The notes below the pieces were generated by a model, which did not search any database, was not told the DNA's origin, and saw nothing but the letters and a program-made list of their open reading frames with translations. A stretch of DNA of 64,000 bases, from IMG/VR virus record IMGVR_UViG_3300038673_000220, positions 85,135 through 149,134 of that record; one strand, given 5' to 3'. This stretch comes from a virus. Lineage: Duplodnaviria; Caudoviricetes. The position numbers and the translations under genes were made by a program. Below, piece after piece: positions 19,422 to 28,537 of this stretch (positions are counted from its first letter, which is position 1; each line of letters begins with the position of its first letter).

Positions 19422-21113
19422 ATGTCCGAAACTATCCTCTTTACGACGGATCGTCCAGACTTCTATTTGTTAGAGCAGATCTATGATAGTGTTACTAATC
19501 CTTCAGGAACTATCATTCCGAGACCTGGTTCTCTAGTTCTAGATCCAGTTAATCAAGGTGTTCTCAAAAGAGTTCTCTCAGTTAACGAATCAACTCACAA
19601 TTCAATATTGGGGCCTGTCGTCACACAGCTCATTCAAGCTCCTATTGAAGATCAAGATGAAGGTGATACGAATATCACATCGATCATAGATTATGGAAAT
19701 AGTTTATTTTACCTTTTCTATGACACAGCTGAAACTCCTACGAAGTTGAATATCGATAAAAAGGTTATCATCTTAGGAGATGATGCAGCTTTTTATGAAT
19801 TAACCCGATACGACACAACGATCAATCAATACGTACCGATATCGTTGTATTACGATACGGCTGGTAATTACAATGGTACTAAGGTTCCTTTGGCTGTTAT
19901 AGCTACTGGTATCAACAACGCTAAGGTCCCAACTAACTGTCATACAAGTTATGCTATTGAAGAAGGTGTTATTTATCATCTTAATATTTATGACTACGCT
20001 GGAACTCAATGTGGGTCAGTTAAGTTGATGGGTAAAAAAGCTTTGATCAATAACGTTTTGGATGATAATCTTATCATCACAGACTTTATCGTCGAAGCTA
20101 CTCAACAGGAAGACAATGGTGATTTCTACCTATTTCCAGATCAAGATCCGTTGTCATTAGTTTTAACACCAAGATTGGTTTACAACAATGGGACGACTAA
20201 AGCAGTTGCTATTGATGACGATATTTGTCATCTTTATGGGTTTGAAGGATTTACAGCAGCTTACCCTGGACAAGAAGTTGAAATCCTGGTTAAGTACTTT
20301 CTTGCTCCATCACAACAAGCTATCACTGATGCACTGATATCAACAGCGAATTCGAGAAGTTTGGTTAAGGTCAAAACGGTTAAGGTCAAAGATCCTGGAA
20401 CAAATGAATACAATGTAAAGATCCTTACTGTTCCGATCTATATTCAATCGACGAATCGTTGGGTTTTAACCTTCTTCTTGTATTCTTTAGGAGAAAACGT
20501 TGTTCGGAATATCACACCGAATGTTACAGTATCTCCAGTTTTTGATGGTTTGTTGATGGGTGTTGATCAACCTCTATTATTGACATTACGGATACGTGAT
20601 ATTTTTCTTGATGCTGAATCTGATTTCATTTATCAACAACCAGTTGTTATTCGAATAGCTCCATATTCGTATTATGAACGATATATCATTCGTGATAGCG
20701 TTGGTGATACATATGGTATTTATGGTGTAGAATCACCTATCCTATCACGTCCTGTTTTGTATTTCGACGAAAGTGTTAATTTTTATTTTATACCGACCTC
20801 GAAATTCAGTACAAAAGAACTCTTTTTAGAAGCATTCTATTATAAATCAAGACCACTTTATGATAGTGGATCGTTATCAGAACCTGTTCAACCAACGCAT
20901 TTCACGATACGCAATGTCACAAACGGTATGCTGTTATTAAGTGAACCTATATCAGTTAACGATTTTGGTACAGGTTTCAGTATCATTAACGTTGATACAT
21001 TGAATGCTCTGGTTGGGAATAATTGCATCGTAGAATTTTTACGATATGAACAAAGTCAATACAACATTCTATTTGGTGTTCCTGTAGATGTTTATACTGG
21101 AACCTATGCTTAA
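19422..21113 (+). CDS. Virion structural protein (baseplate/fibre-attachment, phiKZ-like)
   Basis: 563 aa, beta-rich; AGGAGGAG SD; precedes the fibre genes. Confidence 0.55.
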   Translation: MSETILFTTDRPDFYLLEQIYDSVTNPSGTIIPRPGSLVLDPVNQGVLKRVLSVNESTHNSILGPVVTQLIQAPIEDQDEGDTNITSIIDYGNSLFYLFYDTAETPTKLNIDKKVIILGDDAAFYELTRYDTTINQYVPISLYYDTAGNYNGTKVPLAVIATGINNAKVPTNCHTSYAIEEGVIYHLNIYDYAGTQCGSVKLMGKKALINNVLDDNLIITDFIVEATQQEDNGDFYLFPDQDPLSLVLTPRLVYNNGTTKAVAIDDDICHLYGFEGFTAAYPGQEVEILVKYFLAPSQQAITDALISTANSRSLVKVKTVKVKDPGTNEYNVKILTVPIYIQSTNRWVLTFFLYSLGENVVRNITPNVTVSPVFDGLLMGVDQPLLLTLRIRDIFLDAESDFIYQQPVVIRIAPYSYYERYIIRDSVGDTYGIYGVESPILSRPVLYFDESVNFYFIPTSKFSTKELFLEAFYYKSRPLYDSGSLSEPVQPTHFTIRNVTNGMLLLSEPISVNDFGTGFSIINVDTLNALVGNNCIVEFLRYEQSQYNILFGVPVDVYTGTYA

Positions 21114-21133
21114 TATAAGGAGATTAAAAGAAA

Positions 21134-21298
21134 ATGGAAGGATCGACATTTAAGAAGTTAGAAAAACTTAACAACTATGCGGTCGTTACTGCAGTTGTTA
21201 CGAATGCGATAACTGCGATGGGACGTTTCAAAAGCATTCCTCGTTCAACAATTATCAGTGATGTTTATTCGAAGATCAAACAACGAGCTTCTAAATAA
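21134..21298 (+). CDS. Small basic protein (54 aa, MEGSTFKKLEKL...), absent from the ORF track
   Basis: AAGGAG upstream; fills the intergenic gap. Confidence 0.55.
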   Translation: MEGSTFKKLEKLNNYAVVTAVVTNAITAMGRFKSIPRSTIISDVYSKIKQRASK

Positions 21299-21323
21299 AG
21301 AAGAATAGGAGAAACAAAATACC

Positions 21324-23432
21324 ATGAGTGCTACATTCGACTTAGCTGAAGCTATTGTCCAATTTACTTCATGTACTGAAACGAATTGGGATAATTTTAA
21401 TTTACCTATTCCTCAAAATGTAGTTATCGTTACTGCTGATACGAAGAAGTTTAAACGTGGGGATGGTATTCATCTGTATGTTGACTTACCTGATGGACCA
21501 ACGATTGCAGGTATCGCTGAAGGTGAAGGGTCACTGATCAACGTATTAGTTCAGTTGAACGCTTTTGACGAAGATGATATCATCATCATCGATAATGAAA
21601 TGTATTCTGCGAGTGGTACGAAACTGACTGATTTAATCAATCGTATCAATGCTATTGAAAACAAAGATGCTATCCAAGATGCGAATCTTTTATCCATCGC
21701 ACAACAATTCAATATGTTGGATACAACTGTTGATAACACTGATGACGGTAAACTTGGTATAATTCTGAATGGTAAAATAGCTCCAGGTCCATATCCTGAA
21801 GATATTGTCGTACCGACAGAACCAGTTCCAATCCATATCGTAGATTTTAATATTTATGAAGATGAAAAACTATCTTCAGTAGCTACTGAGTTGTTTGGAG
21901 GTTTGTCGTATTACGTATTCATCAATCCAAGTCATGATGAAGCTGATATTGACAATCTCACCTATGGAGTGACCACAACTTCAAATGATATTACTGCAAC
22001 TCAGATCGAACGTGGGTTGTTTAAAATCGATGTTGGACAAGTCACTTTTGATCATTCTGCAACATTTACAGCAACTTTATCTTACAATACTGACACTGTT
22101 AGTATTGATAAAAGCATTGATGTCAGTCGAAGTCAGGGTGTATTCATCGCTCTTTATGGTGGAACTAGTGTAGACACTTTTAACACTGTAGCTATTGATT
22201 CTTCCAATAATATCTATGCTGCCGGATATACATCATCTGAAGGATCTGGTGGTAATGATACACTTATCGTTAAGTTTGATAGTTCTTTGAATAAGCTTGC
22301 TGGTAAAGTTTACGGAGGAAGCGGTATTGATCAATTTTTGAGTATGACTATCGATTCTTCTGACAGTGTTTATGTTGTTGGATATACAATGTCTGAAGGA
22401 GTTGCTGGCGATGCTCTTATCGTCAAGTTTGATAGTGATTTGACCATTTTGGTTCGTAAGCGTTATGGTGGAAGTTATATTGAGCAATTCCTTGACATAA
22501 CGATTGATTCCTCGGATAACATTTATGTTGTTGGATATACCAATTCTGAAGGTGTTGGTTCAACTACTTATTCGAGTTCACTTATTATCAAGTTTGATAC
22601 GAATTTAGATATAATAGCTCGTAAGACATACAGTGGAGCTAGTACTGATGTCTTTCGAGGTGTAGCTGTTGATTCCTTAGGTAATATTTATGCAGTAGGA
22701 AATACTTCATCGGAAGGTACTGGTGGTGATGCCTTTATCATCAAGTTTGACAGCTCTCTGAATAAGCTTGCTGGTAAACGTTATGGTGGAACTACAGGTG
22801 ATGTTTTTTATAAAATCACTATTGATTCATCAAATAATATCTATGTCGTTGGCAATACCAAATCTGAAGGTGTTGGTTCAACTACTTATTTGAGTTCACT
22901 TATTATCAAGTTTGACAGCTCTCTGAATAAGCTTGCTGGTAAGAGTTATAGTGGATCAGGTAATGATTTCTTTTACAATATAACAACTGATTCTTCTGAT
23001 AATGTTTACGTTGTAGGTCGAACTTATTCTGAAGGAACAAATATTGGTATCAACGGTTTCTTCATTAAATTCGATAGTTCATTAAATAAACTCGCTGGTA
23101 GAGTTCTTGATGGTACTGATGGTGATGAGTTTTATGATATCACTACCGATTCTTATGATAACATTTATACAGTAGGTTATACTACATCTGAAGGATTAGG
23201 ATCAGGTGACGCTTTCATCATGAGAACTGGTACAGATATACAATCTGGAACTTTTACAAGTTCAACTCTTTCCAATTTATCTTTCATTGATAGTAATCTT
23301 ACATTAGCTGATAGTGCTTTAACTTTAGCTGATAGTGGGTTAACGGTGGGTTCAAGTATACTTACGTTGAATACAAGTAATCTTACATCAGCTGATAGTA
23401 ACTTAACACTTGAAAAAGCTACTTTCATTTAA
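21324..23432 (+). CDS. Tail fibre/RBP paralog 1: Mtd_N-like N-terminus, 7-blade beta-propeller, LTLADS tail
   Basis: DTKKFKRGDG..DLP; seven D-S-x-x-N-[IV]Y-x-x-G-x-T-type blades. Confidence 0.75.
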   Translation: MSATFDLAEAIVQFTSCTETNWDNFNLPIPQNVVIVTADTKKFKRGDGIHLYVDLPDGPTIAGIAEGEGSLINVLVQLNAFDEDDIIIIDNEMYSASGTKLTDLINRINAIENKDAIQDANLLSIAQQFNMLDTTVDNTDDGKLGIILNGKIAPGPYPEDIVVPTEPVPIHIVDFNIYEDEKLSSVATELFGGLSYYVFINPSHDEADIDNLTYGVTTTSNDITATQIERGLFKIDVGQVTFDHSATFTATLSYNTDTVSIDKSIDVSRSQGVFIALYGGTSVDTFNTVAIDSSNNIYAAGYTSSEGSGGNDTLIVKFDSSLNKLAGKVYGGSGIDQFLSMTIDSSDSVYVVGYTMSEGVAGDALIVKFDSDLTILVRKRYGGSYIEQFLDITIDSSDNIYVVGYTNSEGVGSTTYSSSLIIKFDTNLDIIARKTYSGASTDVFRGVAVDSLGNIYAVGNTSSEGTGGDAFIIKFDSSLNKLAGKRYGGTTGDVFYKITIDSSNNIYVVGNTKSEGVGSTTYLSSLIIKFDSSLNKLAGKSYSGSGNDFFYNITTDSSDNVYVVGRTYSEGTNIGINGFFIKFDSSLNKLAGRVLDGTDGDEFYDITTDSYDNIYTVGYTTSEGLGSGDAFIMRTGTDIQSGTFTSSTLSNLSFIDSNLTLADSALTLADSGLTVGSSILTLNTSNLTSADSNLTLEKATFI

Positions 23433-23469
23433 TCAAAACAAATCACATATATCCGGAGAATAATCAACA

Positions 23470-25554
23470 ATGAGCACAAATTTCGATTTAGCTGAAGCTA
23501 CTATCAACTTCACTGCAGGAACTGAATCAACTTGGAATGCTTTCGTTCTTCCAATCCCTGAGAATGTTGTTGTTTATACAGTTGACACTAAGAAGTTCAA
23601 GAAAGGTGATGGTAATCATCGCTACAGTGAGCTTCCAGAAGGGCCAAGTATTGAAGGTATCGCTTCTGGCGAATCCAATGTCGTTAACGTTCTTGAATTA
23701 CTTGAGATCGGTGATGATGGTTCGATCATCGTTATTGAGAATGAGACGTACGTCGCAAGTGATACTAAACTGAATGATCTCATCGATCGTTTGACAGCCA
23801 TTGCTAATACAAATACTGTTCAGACAGCTAATATGGATGCAATCACGAATCAGTTCACTCTAATCAATCAGAACGTTACTGGAGCTGATGATGGTAAACT
23901 GGCCATCGTAACAAGTCATCAGATGAAACCTGGTGTGTTAGGAGAATCTTTAGTTGTAGCTGCACCTGTCAATCCAGTAAATATCAAAAGTATCGGTTTT
24001 TACAGTGATCAGAAATGTACAATACCAATCACAGATATCGACTATAATTCGGTATGTTACTGTAAGGTTAATGCCCAACACGATGTAGCTGATGTTGATG
24101 ATTTAAGTTACACTTTAACTGAAACGAATGATCTTATTACATCAACACATATCGATCGTGGCTTATTCGAGGTCACTGTTGGTCAAATCAATGTTGGCGG
24201 ACCTGTAACGTTTACAGCGACTGTAACTTACAATACTGATAGTACTAGTGTTACTAAAGATCTTACTATCAACCAATACGTCGGAATCATCGTAGCTACT
24301 TATGGAGGAGCAAATAGTGATAAATTCTCAGCTATCGCGGCTGACTCCTCCGGTAATCTTTATGCTGTAGGTGATACCAAGTCTGAAGGATCTGGTAATA
24401 ATGATGCTCTGATTGTCAAATTCAACAGCTCCTTAAGTATTCTTGCTCGTAAGATCTACGGTGGATCTAACCATGACTTTTTTAGTGCCGTAGCTATTGA
24501 TTCTTCTGGCAATATCTTTGTTGCAGGATATACCGAAGGAACTGCTCAGGATTGTATCGTTATCAAGTTCGACAGCTCATTGAATAAGCTTGCTGGTAAA
24601 CGTTATGGTGGAGCTAGTACAGAATATTTTTATGGTATTAATGTCGATTCTTCTGGGAATGTGTATGCTGTAGGGTTTACTAGTTCTGAAGGATCTGGTA
24701 ATAATGATGCTCTTATTATTAAATTCGATAGCTCGTTGAATAAACTTGCTGGTAAACGGTATGGTGGAACTGGTGGTGATTATTTCAATGGAGTTACTAT
24801 AGACACTTCTGGGAATGTGTATGCTGTAGGATATACAGCTTCTGAAGGATCTGGTAGTCATGACGCATTGATTATCAAGTTCGACAGCTCATTGAATAAG
24901 CTTGCTGGTAAACGATATGGTGGAACTGCAAGTGATGTTTTTTATAAAATCACTATTGATTCATCAAATAATATCTATGTCGTTGGCAATACCTCATCCG
25001 AAGGATCTGGTAATTATGACGCATTGATTATCAAATTCGATAGTAATCTGAACAAGCTTGCTGGTAAACGATATGGTGGAAGTGGTATTGATTATTTTTA
25101 TGATGTTGTTATAGATGGTTCTGGGAATATCTATGCTGTTGGGAGCACTACATCCGAGAGTGTAGGTGATGAGGCTCTAATCGTCAAGTTTGATAATAAT
25201 CTAAATATTTTATATCGCAAACGATGTGGTGGATCATCTACTGATATTTTTGTAGGTGTTGCGATTAACACATTTGGTAATGCTTATGCTGTGGGATTTA
25301 CCGGTTCTGAAGGTATCGGTGGGGGTAGTGATTGTATCATTGCTAAATTTATACCTAATGTACCATCCGGATCTTCAACAGGAACTATCCTTACAGCTAT
25401 TAATATTTCTGATAGTAATTTAACTTTAGCTAACAGTGCTCTTACATTAGCTGACAGTGCTCTTACATTAGCTGACAGTGCTCTTACATTAGCTAACAGT
25501 ACTTTGGCTTTAGCTAACAGTACTCTCACTCTTGAGAAAGATACTTTCTATTAA
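23470..25554 (+). CDS. Tail fibre/RBP paralog 2 (same architecture)
   Basis: DTKKFKKGDG..ELP; seven blades; heptad tail. Confidence 0.75.
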   Translation: MSTNFDLAEATINFTAGTESTWNAFVLPIPENVVVYTVDTKKFKKGDGNHRYSELPEGPSIEGIASGESNVVNVLELLEIGDDGSIIVIENETYVASDTKLNDLIDRLTAIANTNTVQTANMDAITNQFTLINQNVTGADDGKLAIVTSHQMKPGVLGESLVVAAPVNPVNIKSIGFYSDQKCTIPITDIDYNSVCYCKVNAQHDVADVDDLSYTLTETNDLITSTHIDRGLFEVTVGQINVGGPVTFTATVTYNTDSTSVTKDLTINQYVGIIVATYGGANSDKFSAIAADSSGNLYAVGDTKSEGSGNNDALIVKFNSSLSILARKIYGGSNHDFFSAVAIDSSGNIFVAGYTEGTAQDCIVIKFDSSLNKLAGKRYGGASTEYFYGINVDSSGNVYAVGFTSSEGSGNNDALIIKFDSSLNKLAGKRYGGTGGDYFNGVTIDTSGNVYAVGYTASEGSGSHDALIIKFDSSLNKLAGKRYGGTASDVFYKITIDSSNNIYVVGNTSSEGSGNYDALIIKFDSNLNKLAGKRYGGSGIDYFYDVVIDGSGNIYAVGSTTSESVGDEALIVKFDNNLNILYRKRCGGSSTDIFVGVAINTFGNAYAVGFTGSEGIGGGSDCIIAKFIPNVPSGSSTGTILTAINISDSNLTLANSALTLADSALTLADSALTLANSTLALANSTLTLEKDTFY
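25417..25533 (+). repeat. 21-nt coding tandem repeat (LTLA[DN]S[AT])
   Basis: GCTCTTACATTAGCTGACAGT-type units in tandem. Confidence 0.85.
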
Positions 25555-25562
25555 TGAATAAT

Positions 25563-25606
25563 CATCAACAGCTCAGGATTGACCTGAGCTGTTGATGCAC
25601 TTTTAT
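25563..25606 (+). terminator. Intrinsic terminator
   Basis: 15-bp perfect stem followed by T-rich sequence. Confidence 0.75.
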
Positions 25607-25616
25607 TATTTTTTAT

Positions 25617-25628
25617 TTATATATAATA
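25617..25628 (+). promoter_or_regulatory. Putative early promoter TTATATATAATA
   Basis: Variant of the ATATATATNATA motif upstream of a small gene. Confidence 0.45.
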
Positions 25629-25684
25629 TATATGAAGAGCTATTAATAATAAGATTAAACTTATCTGATAAAGGAGAATAAACT

Positions 25685-25909
25685 ATGGACGTATTAAATG
25701 TTGCTGTAAGGAATTATGAGGCTCTTGGTCGTTCTTTAAAAGATTGTCCATTGAAAGAAGCTGACGATATCATCGATTCAATGGAACAAGAGATTCTTGT
25801 ATTCAGGCATCTCCATCCAGAAGTTGCGGCAACGATGCAATATCACCGAGATGTTGTTGAAACACGTAAACGTCTTAAACAAACAGTCGCTAATCCAGCA
25901 TCGGTTTGA
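25685..25909 (+). CDS. Small hypothetical protein in a stand-alone cassette
   Basis: AAGGAG SD; flanked by hairpins. Confidence 0.65.
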   Translation: MDVLNVAVRNYEALGRSLKDCPLKEADDIIDSMEQEILVFRHLHPEVAATMQYHRDVVETRKRLKQTVANPASV

Positions 25910-25920
25910 AATTGATATTT

Positions 25921-25959
25921 AAGATCAGCTATGCTCCAATAAGGAGCATAGCTGATCTT
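25921..25959. terminator. Bidirectional terminator
   Basis: 17-bp perfect stem between convergent genes. Confidence 0.8.
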
Positions 25960-25966
25960 TTATTTT

Positions 25967-27691
25967 TTAATCAACAAAGTCATCTACGAGATCTTGTCTT
26001 GATAAATTATGAATAGCTAGATTCAGTATATCGCTGTCAGTACTCATTTTCAGTTTCATGTTACTCCCTATGACGGATGAAATGTCATTTAGACTATTCC
26101 GAACATCGTCGTTTCCTTCTTTTGTCCACAATGTTGATAATGATACTGTATCACCATCATGATCAGCACTTAAACCAGGTAACCTGCTCTGATGAAGGAT
26201 CAAGCTTTCGAAATAGGGTTTACCTATAACAGGATAATGAGGAGTATTTATTTTTAATCCAGAGTCGAATACTAATTCTTTTTGTTCACTTGGATTTGTT
26301 GTCGTTATATGAATAACTCCAGGATAAATACTACCATCTTCTAATACTGGGTATCTTGTTATAAAACCATTCTTATCTTTAGCTATATTCAAAGCTGCGA
26401 TATAAAGGAACTCAACCCAAGTCATTGGCTTAATCAGTGATTGGTCAAACTTCAATTTAAAAGATTCGACAACTCTCTGTAAATCAGTTTTCGTTTTACC
26501 GATAAACACTTGATCCTGGATATTATAGGTTAAGATGAGATAATACTCTTTACCATTCTTATCAGTGATACTGATAGCACTTTCCCTAAATCCTATATAT
26601 TTAAATTGATTGATGATCTTATTTACACCTTCTGATGTAGTGTACTTGCTGATCTCGATAGGCTTCAGGGATGTGTATTCCATCTCTAAGGTTTTACTAT
26701 TCGTAACAGCAACGCTTTCAGTTGATCCATGACGAAAGATCTCACCGTAAAGTTTGTTTTTAACGTAATGGATAAAGAATGGTTGAAAGCACTTGATCAG
26801 ATTCAACATCGGGACCATAGTTTCATTAGATTTGATAACTGTAGGATCCTCAACTGAATCACTATCGTTCGTTGCAGCACTGATAACATTACGAGTTGAA
26901 TAAGCTATCTTACGTGCTCCATAATGCTTTTGAATAAAACCACCTTTCTCAGATATAACATTCATGATATAATCAAAGACAGCTGAAACCTTAAGCTGTA
27001 TCTGGTATCGTATACCGTCAAATATAGAGTCATCTGACATATGAAATGACGATAGGCTTGAAGTTAAATTGATAACTGCCATATATAACTTATTGATATC
27101 CTCATTGGATAATCTTGAGGATTTCATATCAAGATCACGTAATCCTGCTGGTATACATATAAGATGCGTTGTCATCAGTTTATCTTTATTTTTACTAATC
27201 AATTTCGCTTTATTGATAGCTCGTAATGATTCAGTTTCGATATCACCCAATTTAGAAAGATGCTTTACAAAGAATTGAAATCCAGTACCGCTATTTGGAT
27301 CATCTTTCTTAGCTAATATAAAATTATTAATACTCTCATCAAATACACCGTATTGTTTACCACTCAGTATATTCATATAAAGAGTCTTTGGTTTTATATT
27401 AAATGCGAATATGACTGGGTGGATAATACTTGTATTCAATGGAATAACTGCTTCAGTAACGAATCGATCCATATTCGTTATGCTACCGAAAATCTCTTCA
27501 GAAAATAATCCATTAGGATGGAATTGATTAGAATTTACAGCAAATATATTAGGAGATTTAACGCTTTTCAAATTGGCTTTATCAGAATACGAATGACCGT
27601 CAAGTAATTCGAATTTGATAGGAGCCTTATTCAATAGAGCTTTAATCTCTTCAGGGATCAATGACTGATCGAGCATTTGGATTTCCTCCAA
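25967..27691 (-). CDS. rpoC: Virion RNA polymerase beta' subunit with catalytic loop (phiKZ gp180-like)
   Basis: FHPNGLFSEEIFG, PAGLRD, RNVIS, TRYPV and catalytic ADHDGD. Confidence 0.88.
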   Translation of the reverse strand: MEEIQMLDQSLIPEEIKALLNKAPIKFELLDGHSYSDKANLKSVKSPNIFAVNSNQFHPNGLFSEEIFGSITNMDRFVTEAVIPLNTSIIHPVIFAFNIKPKTLYMNILSGKQYGVFDESINNFILAKKDDPNSGTGFQFFVKHLSKLGDIETESLRAINKAKLISKNKDKLMTTHLICIPAGLRDLDMKSSRLSNEDINKLYMAVINLTSSLSSFHMSDDSIFDGIRYQIQLKVSAVFDYIMNVISEKGGFIQKHYGARKIAYSTRNVISAATNDSDSVEDPTVIKSNETMVPMLNLIKCFQPFFIHYVKNKLYGEIFRHGSTESVAVTNSKTLEMEYTSLKPIEISKYTTSEGVNKIINQFKYIGFRESAISITDKNGKEYYLILTYNIQDQVFIGKTKTDLQRVVESFKLKFDQSLIKPMTWVEFLYIAALNIAKDKNGFITRYPVLEDGSIYPGVIHITTTNPSEQKELVFDSGLKINTPHYPVIGKPYFESLILHQSRLPGLSADHDGDTVSLSTLWTKEGNDDVRNSLNDISSVIGSNMKLKMSTDSDILNLAIHNLSRQDLVDDFVD

Positions 27692-27716
27692 TTAGATTTA
27701 TTTATCACCCTTCAAA

Positions 27717-27728
27717 AACAATACTATG
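27717..27728 (+). promoter_or_regulatory. Putative late promoter AACA-ATACTA-TG
   Basis: Related motifs at 18180, 35964, 59314 (+) and 11365, 48021 (-), upstream of late-type genes. Confidence 0.45.
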
Positions 27729-27784
27729 ATCGTTAAGCAAATCATTATTATAATGAATAATAATCACTTATAAGGTGACTTAAT

Positions 27785-28534
27785 ATGATGGACAAGGACG
27801 AATATGAGAAAGGAGAAAAACTCATACTTAATGATTCATTCGCTATCTCAAATATTTATGTCGATATCGGTTTTTTGAAGTATCTTGATTTGGGAAGATT
27901 CTTATCAAAAGGAGTAGGAATAAAATCCATATATGATAAGGTAGCTTCGTTTGTGTACAGTGATGATTTTGTAAAGCGGTCTACAAATGAGCTTAAGTAC
28001 TTACTCCCAGATCTCAATATAGATACTAATACGAAAATATCTGATGACGCTCTTTTAAGGATAAGTCCTTCATTTGATAAGGTTGAAGAATTTATCCTAT
28101 ATTATATTGAATTAGCCAATACTGCCAAAACTCATTATGGAATAAACAATCCTACAAAACTCTTTTTGGATGTGAGTTGTTTACCAAAACTCTCTAATGA
28201 AATGAAAGATATCTTGGTTAAAGAATACTCAGCTGTATTCGGGATTGATGTTGCTCTTATAACAGATTTTAAAGGAACCACTATCAACCGATGTGATTAT
28301 GACGCTTTCTTTGTGAGTGATCTTTTTTATTTTAACGATGTCGTTATCAATTTTCTTAACAGTGGTGAACTGATGGGAAAATACCTTTTCTGTCAAAAAC
28401 TACTTATCATATCTAAAATGAATAAAAAGGATCCATCTCTTTTTGAAAGCGTTTTTCATAATATCGAAATAGCTATGACTACGGCTATCAAGTTTAAATT
28501 CATACAACCTTTTCCTTGTTTTAAAGGAGATTAA
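27785..28534 (+). CDS. Hypothetical protein (phiKZ gp179-like position)
   Basis: IYVDIGFLKYLDLG motif; adjacent to the vRNAP gene. Confidence 0.5.
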   Translation: MMDKDEYEKGEKLILNDSFAISNIYVDIGFLKYLDLGRFLSKGVGIKSIYDKVASFVYSDDFVKRSTNELKYLLPDLNIDTNTKISDDALLRISPSFDKVEEFILYYIELANTAKTHYGINNPTKLFLDVSCLPKLSNEMKDILVKEYSAVFGIDVALITDFKGTTINRCDYDAFFVSDLFYFNDVVINFLNSGELMGKYLFCQKLLIISKMNKKDPSLFESVFHNIEIAMTTAIKFKFIQPFPCFKGD

Positions 28535-28537
28535 TAT

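Noticed and set aside
21324-25554. Diversity-generating retroelement, suggested by Mtd_N-like heads and near-identical repeats
   Set aside because: No reverse transcriptase in the window; all repeat copies are coding; mismatches (T/C, A/C, C/T) are not consistently adenine-specific
27717-27728. Uracil-containing genome inferred from an AR9-like late promoter
   Set aside because: The AA positions are not conserved across motif copies, and no dUTP-metabolism genes are in the window
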